IMG/VR virus record: IMGVR_UViG_3300031452_000061
Coordinates: 1 to 35,728 of that record
DNA: 35,728 bases
Reading direction: 5' to 3' (one strand)
Origin: a virus
Lineage: Duplodnaviria > Caudoviricetes
Below the pieces are notes generated by a model. The model saw only the letters and a program-made list of their open reading frames with translations. It did no database searches and was not told where the DNA came from. Below are positions 1-7,408 of this stretch, piece by piece (position 1 is the stretch's first letter; each line of letters begins with the position of its first letter). The position numbers and the translations under genes were made by a program.

Positions 1-2
1 AG

Positions 3-377
3 GAAGACGCGGCGTGGGTGAGTAGCCGGCTCGGGACGGCCACGGTGATCGGCAAGAGCGCCAACGCGGGGCGACAGCGCGGCCAGGTGCTCGTCGGTCA
101 GGGCGGCTACGGCAAGGGCGAGATCGGGCGGCCGCTGCTGACGCCCGAGGAGATCCAGCAACTGCCCGAGGGCTGGATGATCCTCAACGGCCTGCACGCG
201 CGGCCCGCCCTGGTGCGCGCGCTCCCGTGGTACAAGCAGCGCGCCTTGCGGCGTCTGGTCGGACGCGCGCAGAGGCGGCAAACCGTGGCCGTGGCTACCG
301 TGGCTACCGCTGCCACGCCGATCTCTATTGACACGCCCCCCGCTGGCGAGCACGTCACCGTCGGCGAATCGGCGTAA
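3..377 (+). CDS. C-terminal part of a VirD4/TraG-like type IV coupling protein (5' truncated by the window)
   Basis: The frame is open from the window edge: EDAAWVSSRLGTATV...GRPLLTPEEIQQLP...PWY. This matches the typical TraG/VirD4 C-terminal pattern (xxxxSxxLGxxT ... RxLLTPxEIxxLP). Confidence 0.7.
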   Translation, partial: EDAAWVSSRLGTATVIGKSANAGRQRGQVLVGQGGYGKGEIGRPLLTPEEIQQLPEGWMILNGLHARPALVRALPWYKQRALRRLVGRAQRRQTVAVATVATAATPISIDTPPAGEHVTVGESA

Positions 378-660
378 CGCCTCTTTCTTTTTCCCAGCAG
401 CACAGTCGTCGCCGGCAGAAGGAAAGCGTACGATTGCTCCACAGACGGTGATGGGGCGGCTTTCCGCGATCGGGAGGTGGCGATCCTCTGCCGCTCTTAT
501 CGGGCGGCTACTCGTTTCTCAGGCGGTACCCGCCTTGCGCAACACCTGCCCTATCGTATCAGCGCCATGGCCGCAACCGCCGACTACTGGGGAAAAGAAT
601 AGAACTGCTACGCACCCCCCGACGCGGCCGCCCGTCGTGCGCCGTCGTGGCACAGGTCGC

Positions 661-688
661 CGCGCGCCCGCGCCCACGGGGAGTCGCC
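661..688 (+). repeat. Outlying degenerate copy of the array repeat
   Basis: CGCGCGCCCGCGCCCACGGGGAGTCGCC matches CTCGCGCCCGCACGCGCGGGGAGCCGCC at 23/28 positions. It is followed by a spacer-like stretch with an imperfect palindrome ATTGGTTAC-ATC-GTTACCAAT (697-717). Confidence 0.6.
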
Positions 689-775
689 GTTACCCTATTG
701 GTTACATCGTTACCAATCCTCGACCAGAAAGCCCACGGTTTTAGCCGTGGGATGAATGGGCGTCCATAGAGCGCG

Positions 776-1171
776 TCAGCGCGTCCGTTGCTCCGCGATG
801 TACCGCTTGATCGTGTCATTCGACACATCGCCGGCCGTCCCGCAATAGTAGCTCCTTGTCCAGAAGCTTGGGAGCCTGAGCAGGTGCGGAAACTCCTGGC
901 GTAGGACGCGCGATGATTGCCCCTTGATGCGGTACATTAGTTGATCCGGCGCGATATTCGGCGGGGCGTTCAGAAAAAGGTGGACATGATCGGGCATCAC
1001 TTCCAGCGCCAGCAGGTGGCACCCTAACGCCTCGACCTGTGCGTCAATCAGCGCCCGCGCACGTTCCCCCACCGCGCCAACAAGGAGCGCTTTGCGGCGC
1101 ACGGGTATCCACACGAAGTGATAGTTGATGAGCGTGACCGATGTCCGCTCCCGTCGATAGCTTGTATCCAT
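776..1171 (-). CDS. tnpA: IS200/IS605 Y1 (HUH) transposase
   Basis: YHFVWIP..RK N-terminal motif, HUH motif MPDHVHL, KG.SSR, FWTRSYY, and the catalytic Tyr in KRYIAEQ. Confidence 0.95.
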   Translation of the reverse strand: MDTSYRRERTSVTLINYHFVWIPVRRKALLVGAVGERARALIDAQVEALGCHLLALEVMPDHVHLFLNAPPNIAPDQLMYRIKGQSSRVLRQEFPHLLRLPSFWTRSYYCGTAGDVSNDTIKRYIAEQRTR

Positions 1172-1299
1172 CAACGACAGTATAGTATACTTAGGAGGAT
1201 AGCGCCGGATGTTCCGGGTCGCTGTTCCCCCGGATGTTCCGGGCTTCCCTAGCGTGGATAGCGGTATGAGGTGATCCGCTATCTGGAGACCGGCAACGG

Positions 1300-1498
1300 T
1301 CCTTCCCCGTCGTGCTTCAGAGGGGCATCGTTGTAATGGCGATGTTCGTTCGATGGGGAGCGGTGCATGGCACTCCGCTTGTCCTGGTCAAAAGGACAAC
1401 TGACACGCTCGAAAGGGCGGGCCAGCAGCTCCATGAATACCCACATCAGGTGGGGGCTACATGCGAGAATCCCACTCCTTTAGGGGTGGGAGTGTCAA
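1300..1498 (+). ncRNA. Probable remnant of the tnpB 3' end / omega (re)RNA scaffold
   Basis: Occupies the position between the divergent tnpA promoter region and the right-end hairpin, where TnpB reRNA scaffolds are encoded. No RuvC or Zn-finger TnpB coding sequence remains. The 5' boundary is a guess. Confidence 0.4.
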
Positions 1499-1515
1499 CA
1501 ATAGACCTCGTAGAC

Positions 1516-1916
1516 CTCGCGCCCGCACGCGCGGGGAGCCGCCGAGCAGGAGGAAAAAAAAGGTGTGAGTCACACCCTCGCGCCCGCACGCGCGGGGAGC
1601 CGCCCAAAACGGTTCTTGTTACGAACCGTTTTAAGGCCTCGCGCCCGCACGCGCGGGGAGCCACTCTCAAAAACAGCGGTTACATTGTCACTACTGTTCT
1701 CGCGCCCGCACGCGCGGGGAGCCGCCCCGTGAAACAACATGTTATTAATATTAATAATCCTCGCGCCCGCACGCGCGGGAAGCCGCCGTTGCCAGATAGT
1801 GAATTAATTCACTATCTGGCACTCGCGCCCGCACGCGCGGGGAGCCACTGTTGCCAGGTGATGAATTAATTCATCACCTGGCCTCGCGCCCGCACGCGCG
1901 GGTGCGGGGAGCCGCC
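1516..1916 (+). CRISPR. Orphan CRISPR-like array with type I-E geometry: 7 repeats and 6 palindromic spacers
   Basis: Repeat CTCGCGCCCGCACGCGCGGGGAGCC(GCC/ACT) starts at 1516, 1577, 1638, 1699, 1760, 1822 and 1883 (period 61, once 62). Spacers are 33-34 nt. Internal stem CCCGC-ACGC-GCGGG. The last repeat has a 6-nt insertion. No cas genes in the window. Orientation is inferred from the I-E-like stem plus 3' handle. Confidence 0.85.
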
Positions 1917-2056
1917 ACTAGCGATGCATGCCCCCGATAAACGGTCTACCCGCACGTCCCATGTGGCATGCTAAAGGTGCGGGCGGTCTGCGGTGTGTTT
2001 TGGAGCTACTCACCGTGGGCCGCTCGCCCTACGTGGCCCCGCGCGGAGCCGGCCGC

Positions 2057-2257
2057 TTAGGGTGTGCTGTCTCGGTGTTCGGCCTGCTGCCAACGGTCAC
2101 ACCGCTCACGCCAGGTCGCCTCGTGAGTGTTTGCGATGAACTTAGCCATGGGGGCGTTGTTACCCTCACTGACAACGTAGCCGCGTAAGTCATCATACAC
2201 AGCCCACTTTTGCGAGAAACGATGAGGGCGCGCGACAAAGCGTAGGCGAGGCGTCAT
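2057..2257 (-). CDS. Small hypothetical protein
   Basis: 66-aa ORF whose start overlaps the stop of the upstream HTH gene (ATGA coupling at 2254-2257). Confidence 0.5.
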   Translation of the reverse strand: MTPRLRFVARPHRFSQKWAVYDDLRGYVVSEGNNAPMAKFIANTHEATWRERCDRWQQAEHRDSTP

Positions 2258-2808
2258 AGTCCTCTAAACAACCTGAGCCACCACGGCACCTGTCGCCTGG
2301 CCCGGCGCAGTTCCGCCGCCTCCTGCTCGGCGACCTCGGCACGGTGGCGCTCACGGCCTAGCTCTTCGCGCACTGCGCCTAACTCACGCTGTGTCCGGTC
2401 GAGGTGGTCGACCAACGGGGCGACAAGCTGCTCCACGATGGTCTGCACGGCGGCAGACTGGACGCTCGTGTCTGCCAGGCTTGCCAGGCTTGCCCCGCGT
2501 ACTAGGCGTGCCTGGCTGTCTAGCGTGCTTGGCTGTCCAGTGTTGGCGGTGTCACTGTCGAGGGCATCACGCCGGCCCATCCACTCATCGAGCGTGGCCA
2601 AGCTGATGCGGTACTCGGAGCCACGCGGACCTTTGACGCGCCAGGATGGCAAATGACCGGGATGACCGCCACGCGCTTTCAAGGCACGCCTGATCGTGCG
2701 ATCGGACACGCCGGCGTGCGCCGCGGCCTCATCGACGGCCAGGCCGGCGTCGTTAGACACACCAGCGCCGGCGTGTCCAGTGTCTAGGTTGTCTAGGTTG
2801 TCCATCAT
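2254..2808 (-). CDS. HTH (excisionase/MerR-like) plus coiled-coil protein, possible single-protein partition factor
   Basis: LAVDEAAAHAGVSDRTIRRALK HTH, then GSEYRI, a C-terminal coiled coil (RELGAVREELGRERHRAEVAEQEAAELRR) and a PWWLRLF tail. Start moved to the MMDN ATG at 2808. Confidence 0.7.
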   Translation of the reverse strand: MMDNLDNLDTGHAGAGVSNDAGLAVDEAAAHAGVSDRTIRRALKARGGHPGHLPSWRVKGPRGSEYRISLATLDEWMGRRDALDSDTANTGQPSTLDSQARLVRGASLASLADTSVQSAAVQTIVEQLVAPLVDHLDRTQRELGAVREELGRERHRAEVAEQEAAELRRARRQVPWWLRLFRGL

Positions 2809-2872
2809 CGCCGCTAGTGTACCACGCCCTAACATCACGAGGGACGCGCATGGTAGCTGGAGCCTTAACCGG

Positions 2873-3136
2873 CTACAGACCCGCGTCAATACCCTCCAGG
2901 CGAAGCGGGCGGCAGGTGACACAGATGGGCTCGGTCGTCATCGCACCCGTCGTCTGTATGGATGCGTGCAAGGGTGTGCGGCGGGTCCGGCGTGAGAAGA
3001 GCATGCCGGGCGCGATAGGTCGGCCGCACACGCTGCACGCAAGCTCCGCGACGGCGCGGTAGGCGGTCGTGACGACGCCGGTATCCAGTGTCGCGCGCCC
3101 GACCTGATGACTCTTCACAGGGACCCTCACCATCAC
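2873..3136 (-). CDS. Small Zn-finger-like hypothetical protein
   Basis: CSVC...CVTC pairs; SD-like GGAGGGG upstream on the minus strand. Confidence 0.5.
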   Translation of the reverse strand: MMVRVPVKSHQVGRATLDTGVVTTAYRAVAELACSVCGRPIAPGMLFSRRTRRTPLHASIQTTGAMTTEPICVTCRPLRLEGIDAGL

Positions 3137-3178
3137 CTACCCCCTCCTACAACGAGTCTAGCACGTCCTCAACGCGAC

Positions 3179-3206
3179 GGGCCGTTCGCGTGATGCGAAC
3201 GGCCCT
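3179..3206. terminator. Intergenic hairpin
   Basis: GGGCCGTTCGC-GTGAT-GCGAACGGCCC, an 11-bp stem just downstream of the 3234-3947 gene. Confidence 0.45.
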
Positions 3207-3233
3207 GAGATACGCATGGGACAACGGGCAAGG

Positions 3234-3947
3234 CTAGCTTGCCGGGGCGACGGTCTCGTGGAGCACGCCGGTCGTGTCCTGTGCCGTCTGTTGCTCTTTA
3301 GCCCACGCCGCTGGGCTGTACCCCTCCCCGGCCTGCGCGCGTGGGATCAGCACGTCACGCTCGTACGAGGCCATGGCCTCGGTGAGATCTGTGATCGTAT
3401 GCGCCACGCTGGCGGCCCGCTGGTAATTGCCCAGCGTATCATCGGTGCCGTCGATATACCCGTTTAGAACACCCGAGAGTGCGACAAGCACGCGCTCCAC
3501 GCTATCAAACGGCAGGTCGAGCAGCGGGGCGGCGTCGAGCGCCGCGCTTGTCTCCGTGGTGTCTCTGTGGGGTGCCACCTTCCCCCGATGCGCGGCGAAG
3601 GCTTTCAGGAGATACGCCGTTGCCTCCAGGGGCAACTTAAGCTCCTTATAGCCGTCATACACGTCGGCCGTCTCGATGGCCCACACGGGATGCTCACCAA
3701 TCACGCGGCGCAAGATAGTCACGGCAGCGCGCAGGACCGCACGCTCGACCGAAACCACATCGGTGCACACGATCCCCGGCTCCAACCTCGACTCCCATTT
3801 ATAGTGCATAGGGCGCTGTGGGCGCAGCGGCGCATGAGGCGCGGTCAAGTCGGGGTTATCATCCTCGGCGAGGTCAGCCACCACTTGCGCGGTGTCTTGC
3901 GCTAGCACGAAGTTGGGTGTCAGTTGTGCGGTATGTGTCGTACTCAT
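3234..3947 (-). CDS. Hypothetical protein
   Basis: 237-aa ORF with natural composition and a GGAGG SD upstream; part of the leftward gene run. Confidence 0.7.
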   Translation of the reverse strand: MSTTHTAQLTPNFVLAQDTAQVVADLAEDDNPDLTAPHAPLRPQRPMHYKWESRLEPGIVCTDVVSVERAVLRAAVTILRRVIGEHPVWAIETADVYDGYKELKLPLEATAYLLKAFAAHRGKVAPHRDTTETSAALDAAPLLDLPFDSVERVLVALSGVLNGYIDGTDDTLGNYQRAASVAHTITDLTEAMASYERDVLIPRAQAGEGYSPAAWAKEQQTAQDTTGVLHETVAPAS

Positions 3948-4079
3948 GGTCGTGAAAACTCCTCCAGTGAATCATTGGTGCTGTAAGCGGGGCATGCATG
4001 CGGTGACGCGGGGCTTCATGGATTGTGAGGGGAGGGCGGCCCGCGTGCCCACGGCGCACGCCTGTACGTGGTGAGGCTC

Positions 4080-5084
4080 TCACGCATGCCCCACCTCTCC
4101 CACGCGCCCTATGCTCTCGTGCCCGCCCTCGGCCAGGACGCCCATCAGGTGCTGCGTCGCGCGCATCCACGCGCCCTCGTCCCCCGCGCCGATCTGTTGC
4201 CAGCGCGTGGCCCCTAACGCGTCGTGGCCGTCCTCACGCTCGATCACGTAGGGGCGCGTCCCTCTACCGTCCTCATCATCATCGTTAGAGGAGGTTGGGG
4301 CGCTCTCGCGTAACTGGACGATGCGGTAGCGCGCGTCCTGCCAGGCGAGGCGAGGCAGTGAGGGGTGTAGGGCTAGCGGTTCGGGCGCCGCTGCGGGTGT
4401 GGTGATGGTGGCCGTTGCCGGCGTGATCCGGTTGGGCACGGTCCGCACACCCTTCCTGGTCGCTGTTGTCCGTGGCGACGCGGCCTTGCCCCTCGTCTTA
4501 CCCGTAGCCTTACGCGTGGAGGTCGCCGCGCGGCGTGTGCCCTTGCGTGACGTGGCGCGCGGGCGCTCCTGCGCCTCGACGAGCGCACGCAGGAGGTCTG
4601 GGTCAACGGTCAGGGCCTCAGCTAGGCGCGGCGCCATAAAAGGCGACGGGCGACGCGCGTCCTCCTCATACGCTTTGACGACGCCAGACTGGATACCGAG
4701 CGCGTTCCCCAGTTGCGTGCGGGTTAAGCCTTTCTCCTCACGCGCCGCCACAAGGTATGCACCGAGCGTCGTGACGGTAGGGTCTGGGTCGTCAGATACA
4801 ACGGCGGGGCCTGAGTCATCAAGTACGTCGGACAGGCGACGCGACACCGGCCTGGTCGCTCGCGGTCGCCGCTCCACCTTGGGAGAGAGATCGGGAGCGG
4901 TGGCGTCCCATGACGCGCCTCTCTCTTCGTCGGGGGCAACGAGACGCGCCGCCGCGGCGGGGTCTGCGCGGTACAAGTCGATGGTCGCGTCCCGCGCGGC
5001 GGTGGGGGTGAGCTCGCCGGCCACCATGCGCCGGTTGACTTCGGCGCGTGACATCGGCGGCACGGTCGGCGTGCTGGTGTTCAT
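4080..5084 (-). CDS. XRE-family HTH protein with a basic, histone-like low-complexity segment
   Basis: LGAYLVAAREEKGLTRTQLGNALGIQSGVVKAYEEDARRPS...LAEALTV is an HTH_3 pattern, followed by an R/K/A/T-rich tract. Confidence 0.75.
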   Translation of the reverse strand: MNTSTPTVPPMSRAEVNRRMVAGELTPTAARDATIDLYRADPAAAARLVAPDEERGASWDATAPDLSPKVERRPRATRPVSRRLSDVLDDSGPAVVSDDPDPTVTTLGAYLVAAREEKGLTRTQLGNALGIQSGVVKAYEEDARRPSPFMAPRLAEALTVDPDLLRALVEAQERPRATSRKGTRRAATSTRKATGKTRGKAASPRTTATRKGVRTVPNRITPATATITTPAAAPEPLALHPSLPRLAWQDARYRIVQLRESAPTSSNDDDEDGRGTRPYVIEREDGHDALGATRWQQIGAGDEGAWMRATQHLMGVLAEGGHESIGRVGEVGHA

Positions 5085-5120
5085 GATGCGCTCCTACCCG
5101 CTGTGCGGGCTATCAGGCGA

Positions 5121-5543
5121 TCAAAGGTACCCATGATGCGCGCTCCGTCCGGCGCCGTCGTCCATCTCATCGCAGCCCGTGAGTTCCGCGAGGAAGGCGC
5201 GGCATGGGTCGCCATAGGCCGTGTCCACGTCCGCGAGTACCGCTTCTTCCAGCCGCGTCGTGAGCTGCCGCGTCGCAATCCGCAGCCGATACTGCGCGCC
5301 CAAATCGGCGCCGTCGTCTTTTAGCGGGTCGAGCGTGAGCACGAGAACTTGCAGAACCTCAATCGCCTGATACAACACATCGGCCTCAACGTGGATCGGG
5401 TTGCCGCTGGTAGGGCTGTCATGCACATGAGGGATCAAAACCTCAATCGTGTCCCGGCTGCGGCGGATGCCGCTCTCCCATGGGCGCTCTTTTGGGGCCG
5501 ACGTGCGTGTGCTGTTTGTAGCGTGGTCGGTGTGGTCAGTCAT
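5121..5543 (-). CDS. Hypothetical protein
   Basis: 140-aa ORF with an AGGAG SD, in the leftward operon. Confidence 0.6.
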   Translation of the reverse strand: MTDHTDHATNSTRTSAPKERPWESGIRRSRDTIEVLIPHVHDSPTSGNPIHVEADVLYQAIEVLQVLVLTLDPLKDDGADLGAQYRLRIATRQLTTRLEEAVLADVDTAYGDPCRAFLAELTGCDEMDDGAGRSAHHGYL

Positions 5544-5546
5544 AAC

Positions 5547-5751
5547 TCATACTCCTTGCTGGGTCGTGTGCGTGACGAGGCGCTGAAAGATAGCGTCAAT
5601 ACGTGTCTCCTGGGCTGGTGTCGCGACGGACGCCCACGCGATGAGGCGTCCGTTATGGGTCATGTAGGCGATGTCGTCGTAGACATAGCGCATCCAGGAC
5701 GGCGTGTAGGGCGCCGAGGGTGCCGGTGGCGCTAGCTGTGGGGTGGTCATT
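5547..5751 (-). CDS. Small hypothetical protein (start approximate)
   Basis: Fills the operon gap between adjacent minus-strand genes (MTTPQLAPP...). Confidence 0.45.
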
Positions 5752-5956
5752 GGCGTAGGCTCCCGGCGACCGTCCTGGCATTCCAACGGTCAGCAAAAGT
5801 ATTCCAGGCGGCGCATTCCTCTATCGCAGCTTGGTTATTGGGAAGAAACCGGCCCTCGCCGGCATAGCGATAGGTAGGGCGCTCGGCGGCGATCTCGGCG
5901 GCCGCCCCCGCATCACAGGATGCGGAGGCCATGGTGATAGCTGGTGTGCTGCGCAT
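5747..5956 (-). CDS. Small hypothetical protein
   Basis: Tightly packed between the SWIM gene and the next ORF. Confidence 0.45.
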   Translation of the reverse strand: MRSTPAITMASASCDAGAAAEIAAERPTYRYAGEGRFLPNNQAAIEECAAWNTFADRWNARTVAGSLRQ

Positions 5957-5959
5957 CGT

Positions 5960-6454
5960 CTACGCTACCCGCATTAACGCGTAGTGCAAGGCCGCCACTT
6001 CACGCTCCAAGCCGTCCACCTGGCACCACAGGACCGCATAGCTATCGTCGCGCGCGTCGGCGTCGTGCAGCGCCCGACGCGCGTGGGTGAGCCTGGCCTC
6101 GGCGGCGTCGGTCTCGGCGTCGAGGGTGGCGACGACGGGAGGCGTGGTCATGACGGGCCGCACGATGCCACTGGGGGCACCGGCCGTCATGGGCACGACC
6201 ACCGGGGCCTCGGCCTCCTTCTTGACGAAGAAGGCCACGTTCAACGCCCGGACGTACCGCTGATGTTTACAAGGCTTCCGCGCGGGACACGAACACGAGT
6301 TAGCTGAGGTCTCGTAGTAGACGCTGGGGTTAGATCCCGATTGAACGCGGTACCAGCCCCGGTGCGCTGTGAGCTTCACGGACGGCTTGTAAGTGCTGGC
6401 CGCCGTCGCGCGTTTGGCCGTAGACTGGGAGCTGGGTATGGGGTGGTTCTGCAT
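5960..6454 (-). CDS. SWIM zinc-finger protein
   Basis: WYRVQSGSNPSVYYE...CSCPARKPCKH fits the SWIM CxC...CxH motif; first gene of the leftward operon, with SD AGGAG. Confidence 0.75.
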   Translation of the reverse strand: MQNHPIPSSQSTAKRATAASTYKPSVKLTAHRGWYRVQSGSNPSVYYETSANSCSCPARKPCKHQRYVRALNVAFFVKKEAEAPVVVPMTAGAPSGIVRPVMTTPPVVATLDAETDAAEARLTHARRALHDADARDDSYAVLWCQVDGLEREVAALHYALMRVA

Positions 6455-6475
6455 GGCTCTTCTCCTGTACCTACC

Positions 6476-6650
6476 GCCCGGTGATCGTGTGAACGACGAT
6501 CACCGGGCATTTGTATTTATGGGAGCTATCTGCTCCCTACCCCTGTAGTATAGCATCCCGTAGAGTCTGTGTCAATCTATTACATTGTTTAAGATGGTGG
6601 ATAGTGGTACAGTATGGGTGGATAGCACGTAGTAGACTAAGGAGGTATGC
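6476..6650. promoter_or_regulatory. Divergent control region with inverted repeats
   Basis: AT-richer gap between divergent gene runs. 13-bp IR GCCCGGTGATCGT..ACGATCACCGGGC (6476-6508) and GGGAGC..GCTCCC. The minus strand has TTGACA (6570-6575) and a TATACT-like -10 near 6547-6552. Confidence 0.55.
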
Positions 6651-6653
6651 AGA

Positions 6654-6863
6654 ATGAATGCAGTGGGAGTGTTAGAGATGCCCATAGATGACAAGACATG
6701 GCAGGTCACGGTCCGGCTACCCCGTGACCTGGAGCCCGCCGTGAAAGAAGTAGCGCGCCAGCGGCTAGTGCCGCCAACGATCGCGCTACGGCAACTCATT
6801 AAAGAGCGGCTCGACCAGCTCGCGGCGGACTCGCGGCGACAGGAGCGCGAGGGGGAGCGATGA
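6654..6863 (+). CDS. Ribbon-helix-helix (CopG/Arc-like) regulator
   Basis: QVTVRLPRDLEPAVKEVARQRLVPPTIALRQLIKERL has an RHH pattern; SD AAGGAGG. Confidence 0.7.
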   Translation: MNAVGVLEMPIDDKTWQVTVRLPRDLEPAVKEVARQRLVPPTIALRQLIKERLDQLAADSRRQEREGER

Positions 6864-6904
6864 CTACTGACGAAAGGGGGATGGCGAAAGCCTCCTAGTG
6901 GGAG

Positions 6905-7408
6905 TTGGTTGAGCACACAGACACTAGAGCACTCTACGTTCTGGTGCGGACAGGCGGCAAAATCACCTCCGTATGTGATCTCAACTTGCTCGCCGAGGGC
7001 GTTGTACGTGACGAGCACGATGCTGTCCGTGAGGATTGGACACGCTACGTCTATTATTTGAGCAAGGCACAGGCGCCATGGGCACGCAACCAACCATGGC
7101 GCACACTAGATCGCGCCCGGAGACCCGCACGCTTTACCCCGCCACGGCTAGCCTTCCGTGCGCCACGGGAGGGGATGGTTCCCCTCTCTCGCCTGATATG
7201 TCACTACTGCGGCCAGACCTCACTGGAAGGATTAATCGACTCAGAGGGGTGGGTCTACTTTCCTGTGTCCTGCCGAGCATGTGGTCACCAATGGGACGAC
7301 ACGATACCCTACTCGGAGAGGTTTCTGAGAGCGCTAACGAGAGCTTCCAAAAAACGCCGAGCCGCTGCCCGAGGCAAGGGACACCATCAAAGCGAGGCGG
7401 GTCAGTGA
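6905..7408 (+). CDS. Hypothetical Zn-ribbon protein
   Basis: CHYC...CRAC pairs; start uncertain. Confidence 0.5.
   Translation: MVEHTDTRALYVLVRTGGKITSVCDLNLLAEGVVRDEHDAVREDWTRYVYYLSKAQAPWARNQPWRTLDRARRPARFTPPRLAFRAPREGMVPLSRLICHYCGQTSLEGLIDSEGWVYFPVSCRACGHQWDDTIPYSERFLRALTRASKKRRAAARGKGHHQSEAGQ

Larger units (their letters stand above)
725..1498. mobile_element. IS200/IS605-family element: tnpA present, tnpB missing
   Basis: Left-end hairpin CCCACGGT-TTTA-GCCGTGGG (732-751). Right-end hairpin TCCCACTCC-TTTA-GGGGTGGGA (1470-1491) followed by GTGTCAA (ends 1498). A Y1 transposase lies inside. The exact left junction (after TCGAC 720-724) is inferred. Confidence 0.85.

Noticed and set aside
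530-660. Possible further degenerate repeats at 61-bp steps upstream of 661
   Set aside because: Only short GC-rich matches such as GGCCGCC; indistinguishable from background.
1312-1869. 185-aa ORF spanning the IS right end and the array (and antisense 1446-1670)
   Set aside because: It is a translation of the repeats (LAPARAGS and PRARTRG recurring). It has no TnpB RuvC or Zn-finger motifs and is not a credible protein.
1944-1985. CCCGCACG after the last repeat as an eighth repeat
   Set aside because: Only about 8 nt match and the spacing is off. It pairs instead with GTGCGGG as a local hairpin.
4399-5136. Long antisense or alternate-frame ORFs (e.g. 4399-5136, 12978-13565, 23292-23972, 24000-24686, 32893-33414)
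   Set aside because: Shadow ORFs of high-GC genes that have clear motifs on the other strand or frame; Arg/Pro/Ser-rich with no domains.
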